From: Flavobacteriaceae bacterium
Lineage (GTDB): Bacteria; Bacteroidota; Bacteroidia; Flavobacteriales; Flavobacteriaceae
Direction of reading: 5' to 3'
Length of the DNA: 64,000 nucleotides
Assembly (NCBI GenBank): GCA_034676605.1
Contig: JAUCBW010000001.1
Coordinates: 2,049,996 to 2,113,995, forward strand
Shown here one piece after another: positions 43,201-49,860 of the stretch. Below the pieces are notes generated by a model. The model had not been told where the DNA came from, ran no database searches, and saw only the letters and a program-made list of their open reading frames with translations. Numbering within the stretch: the stretch's first letter is position 1; each line of letters begins with the position of its first letter. The translations under genes and the position numbers were made by a program.

Positions 43201-43723
43201 AGTATTCTTATCAGGACAAGCAACACTAGTGGATATAATTACAGAAAATGCCTTTAGTGACAACCAAACCATTACAGTAATAGTAGAAGGAAACGGACAA
43301 TACGTTTACCAACTTGACCACGGACCTATCCAACAAACAGGATACTTCCCGAATGTAACAGCTGGTGAGCATACCGTAACAGTATATGATACAACTAACG
43401 GAAATATAAATACCACTAATAGTTGTGGAACACTAGTAATTAGTGATGTACAAATCATAGATTACCCAAGGTTCTTCACGCCAAACGGAGATGGATATAA
43501 CGATTTATGGAATATTACAGGTCTAACAGACTTTCATAAAGCAGAAATTTATATCTTTGACCGTCACGGAAAACTGCTAAAACAGCTCAATCCGCAAGGC
43601 GAAGGATGGAACGGAAACCTAAACGGAAACCAACTACCAGCAACTGACTACTGGTTTAAAGTCATATACACAGAAAATAATAATAGAAAAGAATTTAGAG
43701 CACACTTCTCATTAAAACGATAA
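34274..43723 (+). CDS. Giant T9SS type-B (CHU_C/gliding-type CTD) surface adhesin
   Basis: Signal peptide, DUF11-like Ig repeats (YTITVxNQGP), choice-of-anchor-L-like domain (FASNEY...WDSAVFLEAGSF), many ~85-aa C-D...FDL...T.W/Y(V/I)R...C repeats, and CTD FFTPNGDGYND...DYWF...HFSLKR. Confidence 0.92.
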   Translation: MKKITLLFCLFFSLVGLAQTANLVISKTSPAPIYYPGVDNTITYFVQIGNNAATNAEDVLVEIPFHASVDLTSVAWIAPDGTTGTGVISQTIDINAGQIAVYQITVTLPIGYIQGTSLIASVDTTHATLSANLLHHITNYTFVAGTDMVYTITVANQGPDDAINVVVQDIIPSIAGMDLTSVSWTGSNGTTGTGNLQDTIAVLPIGDVVTYTLTLPIPDGYSQTINNTVNVTADNAVADVTCFTCSHYASPQELLGSLVVSKTSPMPNYYFNVDQSITYFVQIGNTATTDALDTSVTISYHPSVNAANVQWTAPNGSTGTGVISQTIDIDAGEVVVYKITVLIPPTYVQGTNLIASVVTTHPTLSANLLHHITNYTYVKGTNMVYTITVENQGSANAIDVVVQDIIPVITDMDLTSVVWTGSNGTAGTGNLEDTIATLAPGAIITYTITLPIPADYDLTINNNVNITADNALVDVLCFTCSHYASPQEPRAHLVTTKTNNSEEYIRGTYVDYVITVTNQGPNDAYDVHVNDAIPSGISQMTWTSNGASGIGSLDQTIPVLENGQTIVFNIQIFVPEDFDLNFNLINSVWVTTPTLDPNPQTQPITDIDLPASPYLQVYPTLYSVQELVEDVLIDMDCSLVENISAQGFRSTDNTMGYFKANNSGFPIREGIVIKTGPISTVAGPYSNGAGATNGSGISDAQLNAIGGGTLRDVSYIEFDFTPITDELKFNFLFASNEYGTYQCDYGDVFAFILTDLTTGVSTNLAVIPGTNPPVRVAVTTIKDGAYNSSCGSENIEFFDQMNTAGDAINMKGNTVKMTASGAVVPCRKYRIKLAIGDWGDTGWDSAVFLEAGSFDIGALDLGEDKLEVLGNAACFDEEVILSSGLPPVDATCDIDYEYQWYKDGVAINGATAEEYHVTETGVYTLETTITLTGSGTGITTECSLKPGTAIIQIFDEIPAGQPNNLTRCEDENDTTFDLTDPALLQQIYGDDLDSNDTEISFHLNMNDLVAGVPIEWNMDDNGDYFVPSAFVITGSSQNIFVKIHVANGSDCYAVRQFTLSIVNCDVTAPEDIALCDQDEDGSESVDLAALIADIAPGIDDATITFHSTQSGANDGTTDIIDHSTPYAVTTGTTVTVYIRVLDNDTGFDYTELFNISINQIPQILQTVSDYELCLVNPSGEADFDLTSKTTEILDGATATLTFYTSEALAQAGADGTELDTTTTYASTGNETIWVRATDANGCYSITSFELVINDDFQIEQDVTDYELCDENGSGEEEFDLTTKATEILGTQTATLTFYTSQANAQSGTDGIATPRTSTGETIWVRAETADGCFDITSFLLVVKPLGNVPSPAPIEVCANNNAASVTFDLTSVLGDVMGAPTDVVTFHQTLAAAQTATAAITPANAYVATANQTIYIRIVSQDPDICPAISSVNLVKLASPVLATTIANYELCDDGTGQAEFDLTSKETEILGTTVATLTYYTSQANAIGKIDEITTPATYMSASATIWVRAENANDCYTIKSFNLVTHVAPIVNAPTPLIECNNGGTGQADFDLTSKTTEILDADTATLTFYTSETDAIADIDGTLAITTPTTYTSTGNETIWVRATDANGCYSITSFELVINDDFQIEQDVTDYELCDENGSGEEEFDLTTKATEILGTQTATLTFYTSQANAQSGTDGIATPRTSTGETIWVRAETADGCFDITSFLLVVKPLGNVPSPAPIEVCANNNAASVTFDLTSVLGDVMGAPTDVVTFHQTLAAAQTATAAITPANAYVATANQTIYIRIVSQDPDICPAISSVNLVKLASPVLATTIANYELCDDGTGQAEFDLTSKETEILGATVATLTYYTSQANAIGKIDEITTPATYMSASATIWVRAENANDCYTIKSFNLVLHTIPVANTPEPLAKCNDGTGQAEFNLNSRNNAISGGAVGVIVTYHTSLVDAENGDNAQTSPYIGTHQEILYVRVVSPFGCVNTTQTLELILEESTIAPTLPDLTYCDPNSDGWGVFDLTQIEQIIIDANPNPVTITYHETIEDAEFLANIIDSPEDYFNIGYYTQTIYIAITPASGEACSSITQVNLIVHNLPQITAPTPIETCDDDYDGFANFDLTIRNTEILNGLNPADYTIGYYPTEQDAILNTNAIANPTNYTNLVANQDSVWVRVTDINTGCFATKELVLIVNPLPVVDMPNVAEYRLCDFGEDGYEIFDLDSRVEIILDGQTGLTVSFYQTYDNAFDGVQPITDLMYQNQEQYVETIFVRVETQKGCFVVTLMDLVVDPLPVLSTPTNPIVSCDGDGDGYGTVNLEEILEEMLNGANPTDFAISFHETYSDAELNANSIDNPQEYYNIDPFNQVIYIRVESTLGSGCYNIYPINIEIVSAPVLPVEMDGTLPDLVLCDDNQDELTHFDLTVQTAYILDQQTDITNLEVTYYISEQNAIDRALAIGNMTNYPNISNPQTIWVVLENTLTGCFDIAAFDLVVNLPLDVPMPIPSITLCDEDGDLEVTFDLTVRLNAILANASDPNNYTVEFFYTYTDAINGNTTNLIADPTNFSNLELGGGAVYTLGVRVTDNTTGCQSYAIMDIRRAPIPNIPIVPLDPLEVCDNTNDDLIEAFDLTVYESFIRNGDSNVIITYHATPEDAQEGTNAIVDPTAYESASTTIYIRVANKPNGGMSCAVILELELIVNPLPIVADNSFEICEANSSGYAEFFFPDFNPQLLGPTQDLADFTISYHLTQADAIGGTAHIPQGTPYTNQTQFAEVIWTRIVNNDTGCIRIAEITLYAEEGAVANQPAEPITECDYDGTNDGFTNTDLTQYETEILGMQNPTQFIVTYHLTEQDAHDAVDAITNPENFTNTVAGGQTIYIRVENSSSNAPCYDVTQMEYIVEELAEPIITSPLNTICVDWGSTLANDPLVLDSNITAAGYSFEWYRNGTLIAGADQSTYTITSKGQEGSYYVIATSAEGCVSEVSNTFEVFLSGQATLVDIITENAFSDNQTITVIVEGNGQYVYQLDHGPIQQTGYFPNVTAGEHTVTVYDTTNGNINTTNSCGTLVISDVQIIDYPRFFTPNGDGYNDLWNITGLTDFHKAEIYIFDRHGKLLKQLNPQGEGWNGNLNGNQLPATDYWFKVIYTENNNRKEFRAHFSLKR
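37947..39960 (+). repeat. Near-identical internal duplication, period 1110 bp
   Basis: 37947-38850 matches 39057-39960 except at 38626/39736 and 38690/39800. Confidence 0.95.
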
Positions 43724-43774
43724 TGTCCCGTCCTAAATAATCGATACAGGTTATTAGACAAAAATAATTAAATT

Positions 43775-43806
43775 AAACACTTGCAAAAACGTTTTTGCAA
43801 GTGTTT
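43775..43806. terminator. Perfect 32-bp palindrome after the adhesin (probable terminator)
   Basis: aaacacttgcaaaaac|gtttttgcaagtgttt followed by a T-run. Confidence 0.7.
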
Positions 43807-43991
43807 TTTCTTTTATAGGTTCTCATTGCTATTTTATTTTGTTGGTACATTTGGTTTGGTGTGAGCATAAAGCATAGATTCAACTAATAAATGCAACAGC
43901 ATTAAAAATAACCAAAGGATATGTTTAAAAACTATCCTTTGGTTGGCGAAAAAAAATCACCTTATTTTGTGGTTACGACACTACAAAAAGT

Positions 43992-44036
43992 ATGGGACAC
44001 TTAACGCTTGAACAAAGATACAAAATTGAGACTTAA
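43992..44036 (+). pseudogene. Possible IS30-family transposase N-terminal relic
   Basis: Reads MGHLTLEQRYKIET*, resembling the start of IS30 transposases; only 14 codons. Confidence 0.4.
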
Positions 44037-44203
44037 ACAATCAACGCCTCTTGTTAACTCTGCGGGAACATATTCAATGAATAAGCTTGCTCTATTATTG
44101 TTGTGGGATTCTAATTTCTGAAGATTTTGCATTTTTTATTTATCCACAAAAGACTTTTGTAGATAAATTGCGTCACAAATTTGACACAGTGAAGTAAAAT
44201 TAA

Positions 44204-44242
44204 CAAGGCTTAAACCCTTTATAAAAAAGTATTTAAGCCTTG
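44204..44242 (-). terminator. Hairpin next to the distal att core of the tRNA-Met island
   Basis: caaggcttaaa / tttaagccttg, an 11-bp IR ending 1 nt before the att core. Confidence 0.55.
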
Positions 44243-44243
44243 C

Positions 44244-44259
44244 TTAGTAGCGGGAACCG
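44244..44259. repeat. att direct repeat (copy of the tRNA-fMet 3' end)
   Basis: ttagtagcgggaaccg, identical to 60012-60027. Confidence 0.92.
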
Positions 44260-44315
44260 AACAAATCTCGAAACATTTTTTGGAAGATTTGGAGCGATTG
44301 ACAATACACGAAAGC

Positions 44316-44996
44316 TTATGAAGTTAAATCAATAAAATAATGCCAAAGTGAAATACTATCTTTTAGTGTTTTTCTTGTGTGATTTGATGAATATTTTTCT
44401 ACTGAAATAAACGATGTATATTTCGAGAGTTGTTCTGTCTCCAACCAATCTATTGAACTATCTGTATTCGTATTGAATTGATTTGTTAACCAACCATTTA
44501 CTTTCGCGTACCATTCATCGATAGTACGGCTTTGTACATAAGCAAACATTCCACATACTTTAAGATGTGAAGAATGATGTCCTCTTTTGAAACGTTCGAT
44601 TCCGCCACGATTACCATATACATATTGCTCGTTACTGGAACTTTCTGAAAAACGCTTAGCTTCAAATTCAATAAGGGGCGACGGTTTCCTTCCTCTTGTC
44701 AATACAAAAACACCAATATCTGTTTCTTTTCCCGATTTTTTTTGGGTAGGATTTTTTCTAAAATCATATGGGAAATAATCCTGATCATTTTCAACTTTAC
44801 AAAGTTGAAAATGATTCACCAAGAAATCACTAATCCTATTTTCTTGATCTGAATCTTTAATGGTTTTATAATAAGCAGGAAACTCAGACACATAATTATC
44901 TACAAACAACAAAATCTGTTCTACCTCATGATTATTCGGTACAGATAAATCATTCGGTTTGGGTAATTGATATGGAGGCAGACTATCTCTAAGCAT
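44316..44996 (-). CDS. Putative PD-(D/E)xK endonuclease
   Basis: Helix ENRIS, then ETDIGVF...LIEFEAKRF (E...D...ExK); starts 1 nt after the stop of the upstream methyltransferase. Confidence 0.6.
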   Translation of the reverse strand: MLRDSLPPYQLPKPNDLSVPNNHEVEQILLFVDNYVSEFPAYYKTIKDSDQENRISDFLVNHFQLCKVENDQDYFPYDFRKNPTQKKSGKETDIGVFVLTRGRKPSPLIEFEAKRFSESSSNEQYVYGNRGGIERFKRGHHSSHLKVCGMFAYVQSRTIDEWYAKVNGWLTNQFNTNTDSSIDWLETEQLSKYTSFISVEKYSSNHTRKTLKDSISLWHYFIDLTS

Positions 44997-44997
44997 C

Positions 44998-47931
44998 TTA
45001 ATAACGGGCTTTTACATAGTCAGCAAATACCTCATCGGCATCTCGTAGGGCAATAGAGGGTAACCAATAGCGTAACTGTTTCGGTTTTACCAAAATAATA
45101 CTATCCTTACCATATACTTTCATTATTTTCTGAATGTATATGTGTTGTTGGTTTGTATCCCTTTGAGGAATAGCTTCTTGAATATATTGCTCTAAATCTA
45201 GGATTTGTTCTTCTATAGGAATAATAGTTTCTTCGCTATATTCAAAATGCACAGCAAAGTAATTACCCACGTCTAGAATTTTATATAACTGAAATTGCTT
45301 ATTATTTATCCTATAAATGCTGTTTAAAGTCTTACAAAAAATCGATGAAAAGTTATCCAATTCTGTTTTTGACACATTGATATGTAATCCAAATTCATTA
45401 TTGATTATCAATGAGAGTAAATCATAAATAGCGATATATTCTGTTTCTGATAATTTATCTCCCTTTAAATAGGGAAGGTTCATTATATCTTTTTGTAAAA
45501 GAGTATAATTCGACCGACTAATTCCAGAACGAGAACTTGTCAACATAAGATAGGCTCTAAAAACTTGATTGTTTTTTAAAGTGGCTTCAAGCTCTTTTAA
45601 TTCATCAATATCTTCTATTGGAGCATGAATTCCTATTACTTCATTCCTATATGAAAGCGGTTCATGAACTAAAACTACAGGAATACTTTCTTTTCCTATA
45701 TTTTTCTTAATTAAAAGAGCAGGAGCCCGAAATAGATTTTCCTGTCTTGGCCATTGGAAATATTTATCTGTTAGTATAAATGTTCTTTTTATTCCCTCTT
45801 CATCAAAGTCCTCGGGATTAAAGCATTTTGAGCTCGTAAGATATTCAGCTGTTGAATATCCACCCTTTTTCTTTTCAAAATCAGAGGTAACTAACTCATC
45901 ATCAGGCTTACCCTTAATAAACCCATCGCCAAACACCCATTTATTTACTTGTCTTTTATTTTTTAAGAAATCTCCTAACGTAGGTAATGCACTTAACCTG
46001 TTAATCAATTCCACAAGCCTTCCACCTCCAGATAAATTTACTTTCCAGATAAATGGATTATAAATAAGATCCGATTTATTTAAAAAGTGAAAATCGTAAT
46101 AATCAAATTCTAAAAATAACCTGTTTGTATTGGAAAATGTTCTATTTGCTATTAAATGTAAAACAGCCTCCGAGTCTGGTTTGGTATTTTGTAAAAATAT
46201 AGCCGCAGTTGCAACATTTTTTCTTCCCCAGAGCTTATCTGCAAGTTTAGTAAAATCAATTACTTGTAGAAGGTTATAAGAAGAAAAAATGTCTTTTTTA
46301 AATTTTATATCTTTTTGGTATAACAAAGGACCAGAAGGTTGAATCATGGATAATAGACCTCCTTCTTTTAGTATCTTCATAGATTGTACTAAAAAATGAA
46401 GAGCAAGGTTCTCATCAGGAATTTTTATTTCACTTTTGTATTCATACTTTTCTTTTACAAACTTAATATACTCTCCATTGTTCGTTTGCTTTTTCTCATC
46501 TCCTATTTGTGGAGGATTAAATGGAGGATTCCCGATGACCAATGAAAAATCATTAGGTGGATTATCCGTTATAAATTCAAAGAAGTCTTTAGTGATAATA
46601 TTATCACTCATATCGGGGAACTTCAATTTTCCCCATGTAGGTGGATCTAAGTTAACTTCATCCAAAATGGCTAAAGCCAAACTAAAAACAGATAGTCGTA
46701 TAGCATCTTGTTGAATGTCTATACCATGAATGCTTTTTAGTAATAAATCTTTTAGAACAGCAAGGGACGGTTTTTCTAAATTCCCTGTTTTTTGCCATTG
46801 TTCATAACGCCACCATTGGACAATTCGTTTGTATGCTTTGACTAAAAAAATACCCGAACCGCAACTTACATCAATCAGCTTAAAGTTTTTTTGAGGAACT
46901 TTAAGTGGCATGCACTCATCTACTAGAGTTGAAACGATCATCTCAGGAGTATAGACAATATCTTTGCTGTCGGTTAGCAATTCTTCATATACTGAGCTGA
47001 TAACCTCTACAGGTAAATGCGAAAACGAGTATAATCTCCACAGAACATAGCTTCCATTTTGAACGTTACCATCTAAATATTCTGCTAATTTTTGCACCTC
47101 ACTTTTTTGAATGGCTTCTCGTGCATCAGCTTCATTATTTTTATGCCATTCAAATATTTTCCCGTTAAAATCTTCTGCTAATTTGTCTAACAAAAGAAGC
47201 AATTTTCCTTTACGGATTACATCACAGAAATCGGTACACTGGAAATTATTTTTAAAGTATGTTCCTGCAAAATAGCCACTTTTAGCATCTTCATCACGCT
47301 CCTCCAGATATTTAATCAAAAGACTCTGTACTAAAAGTTTTAAGGCTACGTGTTTATCCAAATTGGATTCTTTTTGAAATCCCTCATAAACGTTTTTAAG
47401 CCCTCGTATTAAATCTCGGGTAGCCGATTGCTCAAATTGGAATCGTTTTTTATTAATATCTTCTTCCCAAAACAATCCATCATCAAAACTTTGAGCATTG
47501 AACGATTTTATCGCATCGCCTGTTTTTCTGATGATTTCCTCTGCATAGTGTTCTTTATCTTCTTTAGGCTTTTCCCTTGCATCGAAAACACTAACAACCG
47601 ATTTTTCGATAATGATGTATACGGGAACCTGATAGCCGTTCCACATATTTCTATGGATACGGTTTCGGTCTTCTGTACTTAAAGAGTTTTGTGTATAATC
47701 AAAAATATATAACTGCGGAACAGCAGCCCTCCCATCTTGAAAGTAACGAAAATAAACAGCATCTGCTTCAAACTTACATGCTGTTTCTAATGCAAACAGA
47801 ATATCCGGACTGGCAATTGCCTCGGTAAGATTTTCGTAGTTCGCAGTTAATAATACACCACTTGTTCCTCTATCAGAAATAAAGGAAAAATTAAGCTCCT
47901 GAATATGTTTTTCAAAAACTGCTGTTGGCAT
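44998..47931 (-). CDS. Large N6-adenine DNA methyltransferase (gamma class, type IIG-like size)
   Basis: Motif X VYTPEMIV, motif I LIDVSCGSGIF, HGIDI, motif IV VIGNPPF, and a long C-terminal TRD-like region. Confidence 0.88.
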   Translation of the reverse strand: MPTAVFEKHIQELNFSFISDRGTSGVLLTANYENLTEAIASPDILFALETACKFEADAVYFRYFQDGRAAVPQLYIFDYTQNSLSTEDRNRIHRNMWNGYQVPVYIIIEKSVVSVFDAREKPKEDKEHYAEEIIRKTGDAIKSFNAQSFDDGLFWEEDINKKRFQFEQSATRDLIRGLKNVYEGFQKESNLDKHVALKLLVQSLLIKYLEERDEDAKSGYFAGTYFKNNFQCTDFCDVIRKGKLLLLLDKLAEDFNGKIFEWHKNNEADAREAIQKSEVQKLAEYLDGNVQNGSYVLWRLYSFSHLPVEVISSVYEELLTDSKDIVYTPEMIVSTLVDECMPLKVPQKNFKLIDVSCGSGIFLVKAYKRIVQWWRYEQWQKTGNLEKPSLAVLKDLLLKSIHGIDIQQDAIRLSVFSLALAILDEVNLDPPTWGKLKFPDMSDNIITKDFFEFITDNPPNDFSLVIGNPPFNPPQIGDEKKQTNNGEYIKFVKEKYEYKSEIKIPDENLALHFLVQSMKILKEGGLLSMIQPSGPLLYQKDIKFKKDIFSSYNLLQVIDFTKLADKLWGRKNVATAAIFLQNTKPDSEAVLHLIANRTFSNTNRLFLEFDYYDFHFLNKSDLIYNPFIWKVNLSGGGRLVELINRLSALPTLGDFLKNKRQVNKWVFGDGFIKGKPDDELVTSDFEKKKGGYSTAEYLTSSKCFNPEDFDEEGIKRTFILTDKYFQWPRQENLFRAPALLIKKNIGKESIPVVLVHEPLSYRNEVIGIHAPIEDIDELKELEATLKNNQVFRAYLMLTSSRSGISRSNYTLLQKDIMNLPYLKGDKLSETEYIAIYDLLSLIINNEFGLHINVSKTELDNFSSIFCKTLNSIYRINNKQFQLYKILDVGNYFAVHFEYSEETIIPIEEQILDLEQYIQEAIPQRDTNQQHIYIQKIMKVYGKDSIILVKPKQLRYWLPSIALRDADEVFADYVKARY

Positions 47932-48003
47932 ATTGTAATATAAAAACGTTATTTGTTTACAGGGTAAAGATACTAATTATAATAGCTGAACATATTTGTT
48001 ATA

Positions 48004-49860
48004 TCAAAATTTTCTGTAAGTTTTCAATTGCTCAGCTGCTTCAGATAAAATAACTTCTTCCCAAAAGTCAGCATTTTTTGTTTTGTCTGAACTATTGTAA
48101 CAACCGTCATACATTTTTTGCAGCGTATCTTGTTTGTGTTGAATGTCTACTGTTGTTTTTGTTCCGTTTTTGTAAACCCAGTAATTCACCATTCCTTTTG
48201 AAATTACACTGGCTTGGTTTGGTTCTTTGAGCAACCGAAAGTCATCTTCCAATTTAATTTCAAATTTGTAAGTGTCTGTTCCGTCCGACAATTCAAATTC
48301 AACTTGTTCACCACGTTTTAGAAAGGGTTCATTTTTTATTTTTCGCAGTTCTTTCAATGTGTTCAGGCAATATCCAACTTCACTGTTGAATTTCGGCACA
48401 TCATAACTATCATGGCTTGTCGGATTCAACACAAATTTTCTATGGCTATCTAACGCTTCAAAAAGCGTTTTGTCTAAACCTGCATTCTCCGCAAATGCTT
48501 TGCATTGCGTAATCAAACCATCTAAATTGTGGAGATTATATTCGCTTGTATAATGCAGTTTCTTGGGTAGAAAATCTTTACAAAATGCTTCGGCTTCTTT
48601 TCTCAGAAGATTACCCGCTATCTCATATTCCTTTTGATGAAAATATAACTCCGCTTTCTCAAGGTATGTATCAGAAGTTTTAATGAAAGGTTGAGGAACG
48701 CTATCTTTCTCACATTCATACATTTCAATGTATTTCCAATTTTCTTGCCCGAAACGCTTTATACGATGACGAAGCAATTCAAAAAAGTTTCGGTCGTGTG
48801 TAAGAATGAGCAATTGATAGTCGGTAAATTCTTTCAAAATAATATCCAATACAATTTCCCGATTACTCATATCTAAACTAATCAGCACATCATCCAAAAT
48901 CAAAAATTTTGGTGTATCACCTGCCATTGCTCCACTCAGCTTTTGATCGAGCATAGCAAAACGAATAGAAAGAGCAATTGAAGTTAGTTTGGCTTCATTC
49001 AAAAATGTATGTGGGCGAGTAATTTTTTGTTTGTCAGCAGGAATACTTACGTGGTCGAAATTTGCGTGAACAATAATTTGCGGTGCAATGGTTTTGTGAT
49101 TACGTTGCGTGGTACTCCCTTCTACAAACGCATCATACGAGCAGCTTTTAAATTCAAAACCTATCGTAAAAGGTTGTTTGAATTTTTTCAAATAATCATT
49201 TACCGATTCTACAATAGAATCTAAATAAAATTTAAGTTCTATATTGAATTTATCGACAGCTGTCGTAAATGTTCGATAAGCCAAATCATGCATCCTGCCT
49301 CTCGGATGTAATCCATTTTTTATATAATCCCACCATTCCTGTGCATTAGCATTTGTAGGTAAAGCATCATGACGAACTAAAACTTCCCTAAAATTGATAA
49401 AAGGCAATATTTCTTTGTCCATTATAGGAAATAAATTTATCTCCTGTGGATTTTTAAAATCATGAATTTTAGATAGCAGCTTATAGTTGATAAGTTCACT
49501 ACCTTGAATGGTTTGTTTTATAAGCGTTCCCGCATTAGTATTTACGATTGTGTTTGAAATTTGCCTATCGGTAGTTATTTTGTGTTCATCTTCAAAAATT
49601 AATTTGATAAAACTTTCTTCTGCATCATCAGCAAAGCGATTTCGTAAATTTGCTTCGTATTCGGGAAGAAAGTATTTTTGAACCTTAGAAATATCCGATT
49701 TGAACACACTCTGCAAGAAAGTGTATAACGCCCAATATAAACTACTTTTTCCACTGCCGTTTTCACCAAAAATTAAAACATTGCTCCGTTCTAAATCAAT
49801 AGAAACTTCTCCATAGAAAAACTTGAAGTTTTTAAGTTTTATTTGTTTAATCTTATTCAT
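48004..49860 (-). CDS. ABC/SMC-type ATPase with a C-terminal HEPN-like domain
   Basis: Walker A GENGSGKSS, signature-like FLNEAK, Walker B LILDD, H-loop LTHD; then GNLLRKEAE and RKFVLNPTSH. Confidence 0.75.
   Translation of the reverse strand: MNKIKQIKLKNFKFFYGEVSIDLERSNVLIFGENGSGKSSLYWALYTFLQSVFKSDISKVQKYFLPEYEANLRNRFADDAEESFIKLIFEDEHKITTDRQISNTIVNTNAGTLIKQTIQGSELINYKLLSKIHDFKNPQEINLFPIMDKEILPFINFREVLVRHDALPTNANAQEWWDYIKNGLHPRGRMHDLAYRTFTTAVDKFNIELKFYLDSIVESVNDYLKKFKQPFTIGFEFKSCSYDAFVEGSTTQRNHKTIAPQIIVHANFDHVSIPADKQKITRPHTFLNEAKLTSIALSIRFAMLDQKLSGAMAGDTPKFLILDDVLISLDMSNREIVLDIILKEFTDYQLLILTHDRNFFELLRHRIKRFGQENWKYIEMYECEKDSVPQPFIKTSDTYLEKAELYFHQKEYEIAGNLLRKEAEAFCKDFLPKKLHYTSEYNLHNLDGLITQCKAFAENAGLDKTLFEALDSHRKFVLNPTSHDSYDVPKFNSEVGYCLNTLKELRKIKNEPFLKRGEQVEFELSDGTDTYKFEIKLEDDFRLLKEPNQASVISKGMVNYWVYKNGTKTTVDIQHKQDTLQKMYDGCYNSSDKTKNADFWEEVILSEAAEQLKTYRKF

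Noticed and set aside
43775-43806. Loop-less 32-bp palindrome as a recombination or protein-binding site
   Set aside because: It sits about 50 nt after the adhesin stop with flanking A/T runs; an intrinsic terminator explains it.
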